NCBI GenBank assembly: GCA_964535005.1
Contig: CAZHSG010000005.1
Coordinates: 5,647 to 69,646 of the forward strand
DNA: 64,000 bases
Direction of reading: 5' to 3'
DNA from: an uncultured Candidatus Izemoplasmatales bacterium
GTDB lineage: Bacteria; Bacillota_I; Bacilli_A; Izemoplasmatales; Hujiaoplasmataceae
Part shown: positions 32,102-41,091 of the stretch, piece after piece
Layout of the letters: each line of letters opens with the position of its first letter
How positions within the stretch are numbered: position 1 is the stretch's first letter
Notes under the pieces: generated by a model
The model's input: only the letters and a program-made list of their open reading frames with translations
What the model was told of the DNA's origin: nothing
Databases searched by the model: none
Translations under genes and position numbers: made by a program

Positions 32102-33184
32102 TTAGTAGTGAACGCGTTTTTTGCTGACTTGCATCTGAACTAATGTTAAAACCAATATAATGGCAAACAAAATTAAAGATCCAGCAGCCGCGACTGATAA
32201 GTTCCCTGCACTACTACCATCAATGAATTGATAAATATACATTACAATTGATTGTAAGTTGTAGTCAACTCCCGAAGGAGCACCAGACACACCAAATAAC
32301 GCTACAATTGAATTGTAAATTTTAAATGCCCCGATAACCGAGGTAACTAAAATGTAGAAAATCATTGGTGATATTAATGGAACAGTAATTTGAGAGAATA
32401 TTCTTCCCCTTGGCGTTGCATCAATGGCCGCTGCTTGATAATATTGTTTATCAATTCCTTGAATACTTGTAAGGAAAACCATGATTTTAAACGCTAATGA
32501 TGCCCAAACACTATAAAATATCAGAACAAACATTGAGCGCCAATATACAGCACCACTTTCGACCCAGGACAATCCGACGGCATCTACACCGACCATGCCC
32601 AACATCTGGTTAACTAACCCTCCATCAGTTTTAAACATATATGCAAATACTAATCCAATTGCAATTGTATTAGTAACATATGGTAAGAAATAAATTGTTT
32701 GGAAAAAACTTTTTAATGGTTTGATTGAGTTTAATGCAACCGAAATAAATAATGCTAATAACACAGATATAGGCACACTGATAAACACGATAATTAACGT
32801 ATTGATTACTGCACTTGAACCTGTATGTGAAGCTGGTACTATAAATGATTCATCTGTAAGTACTGTGATAAAGTTCCCAAATAATGTGTATCCAGTAATT
32901 GTATCATTTGTCATGTTGTAATTTTGATATACAACTAAAGCAAATGAGTTAATGATTGGCCAAAAAGTAAATATAATCAATACAATTAATGCCGGAGACA
33001 AATAGACAAGTGCTTTTGCCCATCCAGGAAATTTAGAAGCGAAATTCAAATGATGCTTATCTAAAAAGTTTCCTATGCTGTGTTTGAAGTTATTAAGAAT
33101 TCTTCTTACATTCCAGAAGAAGTTTTTAATGCTTATTTTGACCTTAATTAAAAACCTCTTAATGTTTTTAATTAGATTAGCCAT
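32102..33184 (-). CDS. Carbohydrate-type ABC permease (UgpA/MalF-like)
   Basis: YLSPAL, YFLPYVT, YYQAAAIDA, ITVPLISP, IGAFK. Confidence 0.92.
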   Translation of the reverse strand: MANLIKNIKRFLIKVKISIKNFFWNVRRILNNFKHSIGNFLDKHHLNFASKFPGWAKALVYLSPALIVLIIFTFWPIINSFALVVYQNYNMTNDTITGYTLFGNFITVLTDESFIVPASHTGSSAVINTLIIVFISVPISVLLALFISVALNSIKPLKSFFQTIYFLPYVTNTIAIGLVFAYMFKTDGGLVNQMLGMVGVDAVGLSWVESGAVYWRSMFVLIFYSVWASLAFKIMVFLTSIQGIDKQYYQAAAIDATPRGRIFSQITVPLISPMIFYILVTSVIGAFKIYNSIVALFGVSGAPSGVDYNLQSIVMYIYQFIDGSSAGNLSVAAAGSLILFAIILVLTLVQMQVSKKRVHY

Positions 33185-34235
33185 TAGTAATTACCTCTCC
33201 AGTAGTTTTATCAAAGATATAAACTCTTTCAGTTTTAATAGTTAAACTCACTTCTTTTTGTCCAGGCGTAATGTTATCAGAATCAACTAAAGCCCTGATA
33301 TTTTCACCATTAAATTCAAAATGAATCATTGTATCTCTACCAATATGGAAAATGTCATTTATTTTCACTTTGAATCCTTCAGTCCCTGCGCGGAAGTTTT
33401 CTGGTCTCATTCCAATATCATATGTTCCATCAGCAACATTAAATTTTTCGAATTTTTTGCCATTTATCATTAAATAGCCTTTTTTTATTTCTGCAGCAAA
33501 TGTATTGATTGGTGGATTCCCCAAGAATTTCGCAACAAATATGTTTCCTGGGTTATTATACATGTCTTGTGGAGCTGCGAATTGTTGTTCTTTACCAAAA
33601 TCTAAAACAACCATTTGGTCAGAAATACTCATAGCTTCTTCTTGGTCATGAGTAACAAAAATTGTTGTAATTCCTGTTTCTCTTTGAATACGCTTAATTT
33701 CTTCACGCATTTGTAATCTTAATCTAGCATCCAAGTTAGATAGTGGTTCATCCAAAAGTAATACTCTTGGTTTTTTAACTAACGCTCTTGCAATCGCAAC
33801 ACGTTGTTGTTGCCCACCAGATAATTGAGAAGGTTTACGGTCTAATAAATCACCGATTCCAACTAAATTAGCCATGTCTTTAACTCTTGTAATTGCTTCT
33901 TCTCTAGGAACATCTAGATTTTCCAAAGGAAAAATAATGTTTTTATATACCGTCATATGAGGATATAAAGCATAATTTTGGAAAACTAATCCAATTCCTC
34001 TTTTTTCTGGAGCTAATTTTGTTACGTCATCATCACCAAAATATATCTTTCCTGAAGTTGGTTTAACTAAACCAGCAATCATAAAGAGTGTTGTTGATTT
34101 TCCACAGCCTGAAGGCCCTAATAAGCCAACCAATGTACCTGATTTAATCGTAATGTCAAGTTCACTTACCGCTGTTGTTTCTTTCATTGATTTGTTCGTG
34201 AAAATTTTTGTTAAATTTTCTAATCTTAATTCCAT
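33177..34235 (-). CDS. ABC transporter ATP-binding protein (MalK/UgpC-like)
   Basis: GPSGCGKST, VFQNYALYPHM, LSGGQQQR, LLLDEPLSNLDA, VTHDQEEA. Confidence 0.96.
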   Translation of the reverse strand: MELRLENLTKIFTNKSMKETTAVSELDITIKSGTLVGLLGPSGCGKSTTLFMIAGLVKPTSGKIYFGDDDVTKLAPEKRGIGLVFQNYALYPHMTVYKNIIFPLENLDVPREEAITRVKDMANLVGIGDLLDRKPSQLSGGQQQRVAIARALVKKPRVLLLDEPLSNLDARLRLQMREEIKRIQRETGITTIFVTHDQEEAMSISDQMVVLDFGKEQQFAAPQDMYNNPGNIFVAKFLGNPPINTFAAEIKKGYLMINGKKFEKFNVADGTYDIGMRPENFRAGTEGFKVKINDIFHIGRDTMIHFEFNGENIRALVDSDNITPGQKEVSLTIKTERVYIFDKTTGEVITNG

Positions 34236-34270
34236 TTAATGTGTCCTCCTAAATACTTAGTTATTCTTTC

Positions 34271-35047
34271 TTATTTATATTTTTTCTTTTTTCTAAAAAA
34301 TATTATGAACGTCATAAAAATTAATACTGCAAAATAAATTCCCATAGCATAATAAAATATATATGAATAGTCATCAGCTACATGAGGTTTATTAGGAAAA
34401 ATATTGTTATTTGATAAACCTTCTAAATCATCAATTACTGGAAGTCTACCATTATCCTCGTAAAATGCTTCAACAAAAGCTTTAATTTTAAAATCCGTTT
34501 CATCGATATTAAAATCAGTATCAACTAATAAGTTTCCGATTTTATCTACTAATTTTACTTTATCGAAATCTTCTGTAAAAAATGGATCTTTATATAAATA
34601 AACGTATCCGAGTTCATTAACTCCGTTAAGTATATTCAAAGTTTTGAACCTTTGTAAATCAATATCTAATGTAACACCATTACTTTCATTTTCAAGATAC
34701 AAATAATCTACTTGTGACAAATCTTCCTCATCACTATAAACAATAATATACACAAAGTCTGTTAGTTCAGCTTCATCATTATTATTAATTATTGAGATTA
34801 AAACTTCATACCCTATTATTTCATATCCGTTTGAATTAATTGAGAAAAGCGGTTCATCGTTGTGATAATCAGGGATAGATGTATAAAAGTAATAATATTT
34901 AGGATATTCTGAATCAGTAGCGGTTAATGAATCTCCAAATACATCTTTTAAGTATTCCGAAAGCATCATATCTCTTGAAAACGTATACGCTAGCAAGAAA
35001 AACCCTACCATAACTACTGCATACAGGACCCTACCAAACACTCTCAT
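34271..35047 (-). CDS. Hypothetical membrane protein (N- and C-terminal TM, acidic extracellular domain)
   Basis: 258 aa; ATGA overlap with the upstream nuclease gene; basic C-terminal tail after the TM. Confidence 0.75.
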   Translation of the reverse strand: MRVFGRVLYAVVMVGFFLLAYTFSRDMMLSEYLKDVFGDSLTATDSEYPKYYYFYTSIPDYHNDEPLFSINSNGYEIIGYEVLISIINNNDEAELTDFVYIIVYSDEEDLSQVDYLYLENESNGVTLDIDLQRFKTLNILNGVNELGYVYLYKDPFFTEDFDKVKLVDKIGNLLVDTDFNIDETDFKIKAFVEAFYEDNGRLPVIDDLEGLSNNNIFPNKPHVADDYSYIFYYAMGIYFAVLIFMTFIIFFRKKKKYK

Positions 35048-36954
35048 TCGTGAATGCCTAATCCATTTTCTTGAGCGAATCTTTCAGCTTCTTGGAACCA
35101 CCTTACTAAATAACGGTTGTTAAATACTAAATTAGATTCACCACTGTAATAGTTATATGAATATCCATTAAGTACTAAGTGATAGTTAAGTAAAATCCAG
35201 CCAGTTAATATTTCGGTTCTCATAACTTGTCCTTCACTATCTAAAATTTCAATTGTTAAGCCTTCTATTCCTAAATCAACCCATATTAATCCTAAATGTC
35301 TACCATAGGTTTCGGTATACCCTAGGTCTGGGTCACTTTGAATATAGATATTTTCAGCGTTATTTAATATTAAAGTTGTATAGGCTTTAGCTTCAGGACC
35401 CCAAGGATCTGTAGTTGGATAAGTTTCTGGTGTATCAACACCTAAGAAACGAACGCGTTCAGCGCCCAAAAATCCTGGTGTGAATGCTGCGGTATCTCCA
35501 TCACTAATGTAAGACAGTATGACTGAATCCATCCCACCTAGTGGATCGTAGAATTCTCTATTTATAAATTCAAAAGTTATCTCAGTTGGTATAACAATTG
35601 GATGTGTACCTAAAACTTCTACATAAGTAGAAATAAATCCGTACCATTCATTAAAGATATATTCTCTTGTTCCTTTAACTACATCAATATTACGGATAAA
35701 GACTTCATCGTCCATAACAAAATTCTTGTTCCCAAGATTATATATTGTATCAATGTAGGTTCCATTCATGTAACATAATTGAATTGTATCGTTTCCATCA
35801 AACACTAAGTCATCAGATATTAAATCTGCGTTAACTAATATATTGGCGTTAGCACTGCTGTTTACAATAACGTATGTTTCTCCAGGTAGAAGATCTAAAT
35901 CTGGGAAATCGATATGATACGATTCAGTATATGAACCATTTGTAAATATTGCAAGGTAATATTCAGATAAATTTATGGCTAAACTTGTTGGATTAAATAT
36001 TTCTATAGCTTGATCCGATGTGTCATTTCCACCATCGATATACTTAGAAATAATCAAACTGGTTAGATTATCAGTAAAAGTGTTTTTATAAAGATTAACA
36101 GTGATTGTTCCTTCTTCATAATAATCTCCTGCAATTAATCCTTCGTATCCCTCAAAAGTATCTTCTGGATAATTATCGTTAACAATATACTCAAAAGTAT
36201 GAATAATGTTATCAGTATTTAAGATTGATGTGATTTCTTCTTTTGTTAATCCTGATAAATCAGGCAATTGTGTTGAATTAAATCCAAGATAAATAATTAC
36301 TGTGTATCTACTTGATACTAAATCTCCAGCTTCAAAATTATCTCCATAACTAACAAATGTTTGGTCTGGGACTGTGTTATCTGTAATAATCTCAATCACG
36401 AAAGCAATGCCTCGCCCTAATAAAGCAGAAATAATTTCAGCTTGATTTTTACCCGTTAAATCAGGCAAAATTAATTTTGGAGTTGCGATTACAACAATTA
36501 TTTGATGATCACCATCGATAATAGAACCAATTTGATCTTCACCACCATAATGAATGAATGAATTTTCTGTAATATCTAGATTTGTTTCATACTCAAGGAT
36601 ATAATTTAATCCCAAGCCATCAAACAAAGATTCAATTTCAGTTTTTGTATTTCCTAATAAATCAGGTAATTCGTAAGTAAAGATTGTTGTTTCTGTAATT
36701 TCTTGTGTAGTTGTTTGTGTAATTTCTTGTGTAGTTGTTTCTGTAATTTCTTGTGTAGTTGCTTGTGTAGTTGCTTCTGTAATTTCTTGTGTAGTTGATT
36801 CCGTAATTTCTTGTGTGATTGATTCCGTAATTTCTTGTGTAATTGATTCTAAGGTCGTTTGTTCTGTTGTTTGTGCTGTTGTTTCCTCACCACAAGCTAT
36901 AAGAAATAATAAACTAAACACACTAATTGAAAATAATAAAACTTTTTTAAACAT
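35044..36954 (-). CDS. Surface lipoprotein nuclease: Thr stalk, 3 PASTA-like repeats, lamin-tail domain, staphylococcal nuclease (SNase) domain
   Basis: Lipobox LIAC; LPDL[LTS]G....EI three times; IISKYIDG...AIEIFNPT...INLSEY; DGDT, VRFLGVDTPE, YGR, A...AQENGLGIH. Confidence 0.9.
   Translation of the reverse strand: MFKKVLLFSISVFSLLFLIACGEETTAQTTEQTTLESITQEITESITQEITESTTQEITEATTQATTQEITETTTQEITQTTTQEITETTIFTYELPDLLGNTKTEIESLFDGLGLNYILEYETNLDITENSFIHYGGEDQIGSIIDGDHQIIVVIATPKLILPDLTGKNQAEIISALLGRGIAFVIEIITDNTVPDQTFVSYGDNFEAGDLVSSRYTVIIYLGFNSTQLPDLSGLTKEEITSILNTDNIIHTFEYIVNDNYPEDTFEGYEGLIAGDYYEEGTITVNLYKNTFTDNLTSLIISKYIDGGNDTSDQAIEIFNPTSLAINLSEYYLAIFTNGSYTESYHIDFPDLDLLPGETYVIVNSSANANILVNADLISDDLVFDGNDTIQLCYMNGTYIDTIYNLGNKNFVMDDEVFIRNIDVVKGTREYIFNEWYGFISTYVEVLGTHPIVIPTEITFEFINREFYDPLGGMDSVILSYISDGDTAAFTPGFLGAERVRFLGVDTPETYPTTDPWGPEAKAYTTLILNNAENIYIQSDPDLGYTETYGRHLGLIWVDLGIEGLTIEILDSEGQVMRTEILTGWILLNYHLVLNGYSYNYYSGESNLVFNNRYLVRWFQEAERFAQENGLGIHE
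36685..36852 (-). repeat. Coding 24-bp tandem repeat (TQEITE[ST][IT])
   Basis: About 6 copies of gtaatttcttgtgt with 24-bp periodicity. Confidence 0.9.
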
Positions 36955-37085
36955 AAAATAATTCCTTTCTCATGAAAATGCCAAATCCTTTTGTAACTAA
37001 ACCACAAAAGCGCAATTTTTACGCAATATTTTGTTGTTTTTTGTGAAAAAAAAAGGAAACCTTATTTGGTCAGCCTTATATTTTT

Positions 37086-37397
37086 TTACATAAATAATAA
37101 AATGCTTGTGCTAGAAGCAGAGAATGTTCCCAATATACCATCCAAAATATCTGTCTGAGTATAAAGTACGTACAGTATACCACCAATAATTGCAAGCACT
37201 AAAAACAATTTTATAAATTTTTTAATAAACACTATTATACCAACTAGCGTGAAAATACTAACAACTAATAAAGCGACTGCTTGCAGCCAAACTGGTAATC
37301 CAGTTAATAAATCGATCACTTGTGTTATATAAGGCTCAACAAAATCTGAGATAGTATCTGTTATTGCACCGGTTCTTGTTAAGAAATTAAATAGCAT
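37086..37397 (-). CDS. Small hypothetical membrane protein
   Basis: 103 aa, two hydrophobic segments, RBS AGGAGG, upstream TG-A-TATAAT. Confidence 0.75.
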   Translation of the reverse strand: MLFNFLTRTGAITDTISDFVEPYITQVIDLLTGLPVWLQAVALLVVSIFTLVGIIVFIKKFIKLFLVLAIIGGILYVLYTQTDILDGILGTFSASSTSILLFM

Positions 37398-37497
37398 AAT
37401 AATCCTCCTTGAAAATTTTTGTCACCTATTATTATATCATAATAATAAGGCATATGAGTTATTTTTCTAAATTATTTTTTCAATTTTCAAACTAAAA

Positions 37498-38097
37498 TTA
37501 CATTTTTTTTCTGTTTTCAATAGCTTTTGATAAAGTCAGTTCATCTGCATACTCTAAATTTAACCCAACAGGTACTCCATAACCAATCCTAGTAACAAGA
37601 ACATCAATCTCTTTAAGAACTCTGCTTATGTATAAAGCTGTTGTTTCTCCCTCTTGGGTTGATGATGTGGCAATAATAATTTCTTTGACGCTGTTATTTG
37701 CTATTCTAGGCCATAGTGTTGATAGGTTAATATCATCAGGGCCATATCCATCCATCGGCGATATCACACCATTTAATACATGATAATAACCTTTAAATTC
37801 ACCAGATTTTTCAATTGTGAAAACATCCTTGGGTGACTCAACTATCATTAATATAGCTTTATCCCTGTTTTCATTTTCACATATTTGGCAAATTTCCTTA
37901 TCTGTTAGATGTCCACAAACTGGACAATGGTGAATTAATTTTTTAATATTTATTACTGCATTACCAAAATTATCCGTATCGTCTACGGATAAATTGTTTA
38001 TAGTATATAGAGCATACCTTTCAGCTGTTTTTCTTCCGATACCTGGATATTTCATAAATTCAGTTATCAAATCTTCTAACGCTTTTGGTAATACCAT
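37498..38097 (-). CDS. recR: Recombination mediator RecR
   Basis: PGIGRKTAER, C4 zinc finger, YHVLNG.ISP, EGETTA, LEYADELTL. Confidence 0.97.
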   Translation of the reverse strand: MVLPKALEDLITEFMKYPGIGRKTAERYALYTINNLSVDDTDNFGNAVINIKKLIHHCPVCGHLTDKEICQICENENRDKAILMIVESPKDVFTIEKSGEFKGYYHVLNGVISPMDGYGPDDINLSTLWPRIANNSVKEIIIATSSTQEGETTALYISRVLKEIDVLVTRIGYGVPVGLNLEYADELTLSKAIENRKKM

Positions 38098-38405
38098 TAA
38101 AACATCCCCGGAACATTCATTCCTTGCGTAATTGATCCTAGGGTTTCTTGAAGTTCTTTATCTACTTTATTAAATGCATCGTTCATTGCAGCTACAATTA
38201 GGTCTTGTAACATTTCAATATCAGTCATATCTAGTTCAGTTTGTTTAATTTCGACAGACTCAACCTTTTTTGTACCTTTGACAGATACTTTGACTACTGA
38301 TCCACCAGCTTGGCCATAAAATGTAGATGCGTTAATTTCTGCTTGTACTTTCTTTATGTCTTCTTGCATTTTTTTAATTTTTTTAATCATTTGCGGATTA
38401 ATCAT
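38097..38405 (-). CDS. ybaB: YbaB/EbfC nucleoid-associated protein
   Basis: G.AGG.VVKV, D.EMLQDLIVAA.NDA; lies between dnaX and recR. Confidence 0.95.
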   Translation of the reverse strand: MINPQMIKKIKKMQEDIKKVQAEINASTFYGQAGGSVVKVSVKGTKKVESVEIKQTELDMTDIEMLQDLIVAAMNDAFNKVDKELQETLGSITQGMNVPGMF

Positions 38406-38416
38406 TATTTTTCCCC

Positions 38417-40321
38417 CTAATTTTTAACCTTCACAATGTCACCGAATAGATCAATAGCATCAGTAACTATTTTTGATTTAATATCAGTTTCTTCTGATTC
38501 ATCTTTTTTAGAAACATTTTTTAAAGTATCACATTTGATTTTTGATAGTTTAATTAATCTTTTTCCTTGTTTCCACAGAGTTGTGAATTCCTCAACGATT
38601 TGTTTAAACACATCATCAGGCAAAGCTATGTAATCTATGTCTCTTTTGTAATTATTCTTTAGTATATCCAAAGCGATTTTTTTATTGCTTGGAGTCATTA
38701 ATTTATTGCAGATTGAGGCGCTTGGGAAAGTTAATATTATTTTTGAAACTGAGCTAGCAACTATTTTTCCGGTTTCCAATATTTGAGCTATGTATTTTTC
38801 TTCATCGTTATTAGCTTGTCTTCGTAATCTGTCCCAAGAATTAATGAGAGTATTTTTGTCATCTCTATTTCCATTGTTCAAAACATTTTCTACAAATTCT
38901 ATTGAATATGTATTGTCTAAATCATCGCAGAGTTTCTCTTCTATAACTTTGATTTCATTTGGAATTTCAACAAAAGGAAGTTCAGCTACAACTTCTTCTT
39001 CAACCTCTATGTTTTCAAGAAGATCTTTTTCATCTTCCAAAGCCGGTTTTTGATTTTCTTCAACAACTGGTTTTGGTTCTTCTTCAACAACTGGTTTTGG
39101 TTCTTCCTTAATTATTTCTTTTATTATTTCTTTTGATTCTAGTTCTCTTATAGCGTTGACTTCATCTTTTATTTTTTCTACTTCTAATAATCTACTTTCT
39201 AAGTCATCGATGATCGAGATAATTCTAGCTTCTCCACCTACCTCGTTATCGGTTATTTTAATAAAAGCTAATTCTAAATAAATCTTAGGATTGTTGCTCC
39301 ATTTTATATCATTGTATACCTTATTTAAAATATCTAATATGAAAAATGTTCTTTTGTTCCCAATCATTTTTGATAGTTGAATAAACTTCTCGTTTTGATA
39401 TAAAAGATTGTTTTCATCTAATTTTCTTAGATTCTTCATCATAAGTATATCTCTATAGAATTCTATAAGGTTTAAAGCTATCTTTCTAACTTCTTTTCCT
39501 TCGGTTATTAAGCTATTCAATATTTCAATAGCTTTAGTGGAATCCCCCTCTATTAAGGCTTTTGCCAACTCTACTCTCATAACTAAAGATACAGCACCAG
39601 ATATTTGATTTACATCATCAGCTGTTATATGTTCTGGGCTGTAGGCATTCACTTGATCCAACATGCTAATGGCATCTCTAAGACCACCTTCAGCGTGAAT
39701 TGCTATTTGGCTAACCGCTTCACTATCAATGATGATTTTTTCTTTTTCTATTATTTCATTAAGCTTCCCAATTATGTCTTTTGTTGTAATGGCTTTAAAG
39801 TCGAATCTTTGACATCTAGAATGGATAGTTAATGGTATCTTTTGAGGTTCAGTAGTACATAGAATAAAAATAACATGTGCTGGTGGTTCCTCTAGAGTTT
39901 TTAGCAATGCATTAAAAGCTCCAGTACTTAGCATATGCACTTCATCAATTATATATACTTTATACTTAACATACCCTGGTAAGTATTTTACCTTATCTCT
40001 AATTTCTCTTATTTCATCAACGCCGTTATTGCTAGCAGCATCTATTTCTATTACATCAGTAATTACACCACTTTGGATTCCCTTACAGTTTTCACATTCA
40101 TTACAAGGATTTTCTGTAGGTGCGTGAACGCAGTTTACTGCCTTTGCAAATATTTTTGCTATAGAAGTTTTACCGGTTCCTCTAGGTCCACTGAATAAAT
40201 ATGCATGAGCTACTTTATCGTTAGCTAATGCATTCTTTAATGTTGTTGTAATATGAACTTGTCCAGCTACTTCGTTAAAGTCGATTGGTCTATATATTCT
40301 ATATAATGCTTTGTAGCTCAT
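38417..40321 (-). CDS. dnaX: DNA polymerase III subunit gamma/tau
   Basis: YKALYR.YRP, GPRGTGKT, EIDAASN, IIDEVHML, SRCQRF. Confidence 0.97.
   Translation of the reverse strand: MSYKALYRIYRPIDFNEVAGQVHITTTLKNALANDKVAHAYLFSGPRGTGKTSIAKIFAKAVNCVHAPTENPCNECENCKGIQSGVITDVIEIDAASNNGVDEIREIRDKVKYLPGYVKYKVYIIDEVHMLSTGAFNALLKTLEEPPAHVIFILCTTEPQKIPLTIHSRCQRFDFKAITTKDIIGKLNEIIEKEKIIIDSEAVSQIAIHAEGGLRDAISMLDQVNAYSPEHITADDVNQISGAVSLVMRVELAKALIEGDSTKAIEILNSLITEGKEVRKIALNLIEFYRDILMMKNLRKLDENNLLYQNEKFIQLSKMIGNKRTFFILDILNKVYNDIKWSNNPKIYLELAFIKITDNEVGGEARIISIIDDLESRLLEVEKIKDEVNAIRELESKEIIKEIIKEEPKPVVEEEPKPVVEENQKPALEDEKDLLENIEVEEEVVAELPFVEIPNEIKVIEEKLCDDLDNTYSIEFVENVLNNGNRDDKNTLINSWDRLRRQANNDEEKYIAQILETGKIVASSVSKIILTFPSASICNKLMTPSNKKIALDILKNNYKRDIDYIALPDDVFKQIVEEFTTLWKQGKRLIKLSKIKCDTLKNVSKKDESEETDIKSKIVTDAIDLFGDIVKVKN
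39056..39106 (-). repeat. Perfect 24-bp tandem duplication in the DnaX linker (EEPKPVVE x2)
   Basis: ttcttcaacaactggttttggttc twice. Confidence 0.85.
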
Positions 40322-41041
40322 TTAGAGACCTCCTTCTATACGTTCTTTGATTATAGTTTCATCTGGGTTAATAAATATTTCACCCTTATAACAATCAATT
40401 AAAACATAATCATTTGTTTTTACATGGTCACTTAGGTTTTCACTAACAACGCCAGGTATTTTAATTGTTCTAGCTATGATACCTGAGTGTTGATGATAAT
40501 ATCCTTTATCTGCAATAAATCCCTTTATGTTTGAATTATCAATTGAATATATAATAGATGGTTTCAAATCTTCTAGAATTAAAATTGTTGGTTCTTGATA
40601 TTCCTTTAGATTTTGTTTTGTTATACAATTCAACACTGAATTAACTCTATCTGTTGCGTCAATAATATCTACTATTCTTCCCAACATATATTCATTATCA
40701 ATCTTGTTAAATTCGTCAAGCATTTCTTTTATTGCTTTAGCATAAGCCATACTAGCAGTATGGTTAGATTTTATCAATTCTTTTGTTCTATTTATCACAA
40801 TTGGATCATTAACAATATACTTATGAGTTTCAAATATTTCCGAAATTCTATCGGTATAATTCTTCTTTGTATTCGTTATTTCTTCATCAAGTTTTTTAGT
40901 TGCTATTTCAATTGATTGTTCAAATATATCCAACTGATTTGTATCATTTGGTTTGGTTTGAAATTCGTCATATTTGGATTGGATAAATTCAACTTTTCCA
41001 TATGCAATTCCCTCACTAATAACTTGACCCAAAAATCTCAT
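40322..41041 (-). CDS. Stand-alone PTS enzyme I N-terminal region (HPr-binding plus phospho-His domains), no PEP-binding domain
   Basis: G..ISEGIAYGK, IFETH..IVNDP, NEYM..R..DI.D...R, L.PS, HSGIIARTIKIP.V, IDCYKG.IFINPD; only 239 aa. Confidence 0.85.
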   Translation of the reverse strand: MRFLGQVISEGIAYGKVEFIQSKYDEFQTKPNDTNQLDIFEQSIEIATKKLDEEITNTKKNYTDRISEIFETHKYIVNDPIVINRTKELIKSNHTASMAYAKAIKEMLDEFNKIDNEYMLGRIVDIIDATDRVNSVLNCITKQNLKEYQEPTILILEDLKPSIIYSIDNSNIKGFIADKGYYHQHSGIIARTIKIPGVVSENLSDHVKTNDYVLIDCYKGEIFINPDETIIKERIEGGL

Positions 41042-41091
41042 TTATATATAATCTCCTATGTTAATATTATACCTTATTTCTAATTATTTTT

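Noticed and set aside
19372-36954. Nuclease cluster as an anti-phage defence island, toxin system or mobile element
   Set aside because: All nucleases are lipid-anchored surface proteins linked to an importer; no immunity genes, integrase, transposase or att-like boundaries are seen
36989-37009. TTTTGT-N9-ACAAAA upstream of the SNase/ABC operon as a Rex or cre operator
   Set aside because: Spacing and core do not match either consensus, and such repeats arise easily in AT-rich DNA
38500-38512. AAAAAAG in dnaX as a programmed -1 frameshift site
   Set aside because: It is not in the A-AAA-AAG phase (codons TCT AAA AAA GAT), lies ~30 codons from the end, and has no evident stimulatory hairpin
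41042-41091. SRP RNA gene upstream of dnaX, as in Bacillus
   Set aside because: No SRP domain IV motif and no room in the intergenic gaps
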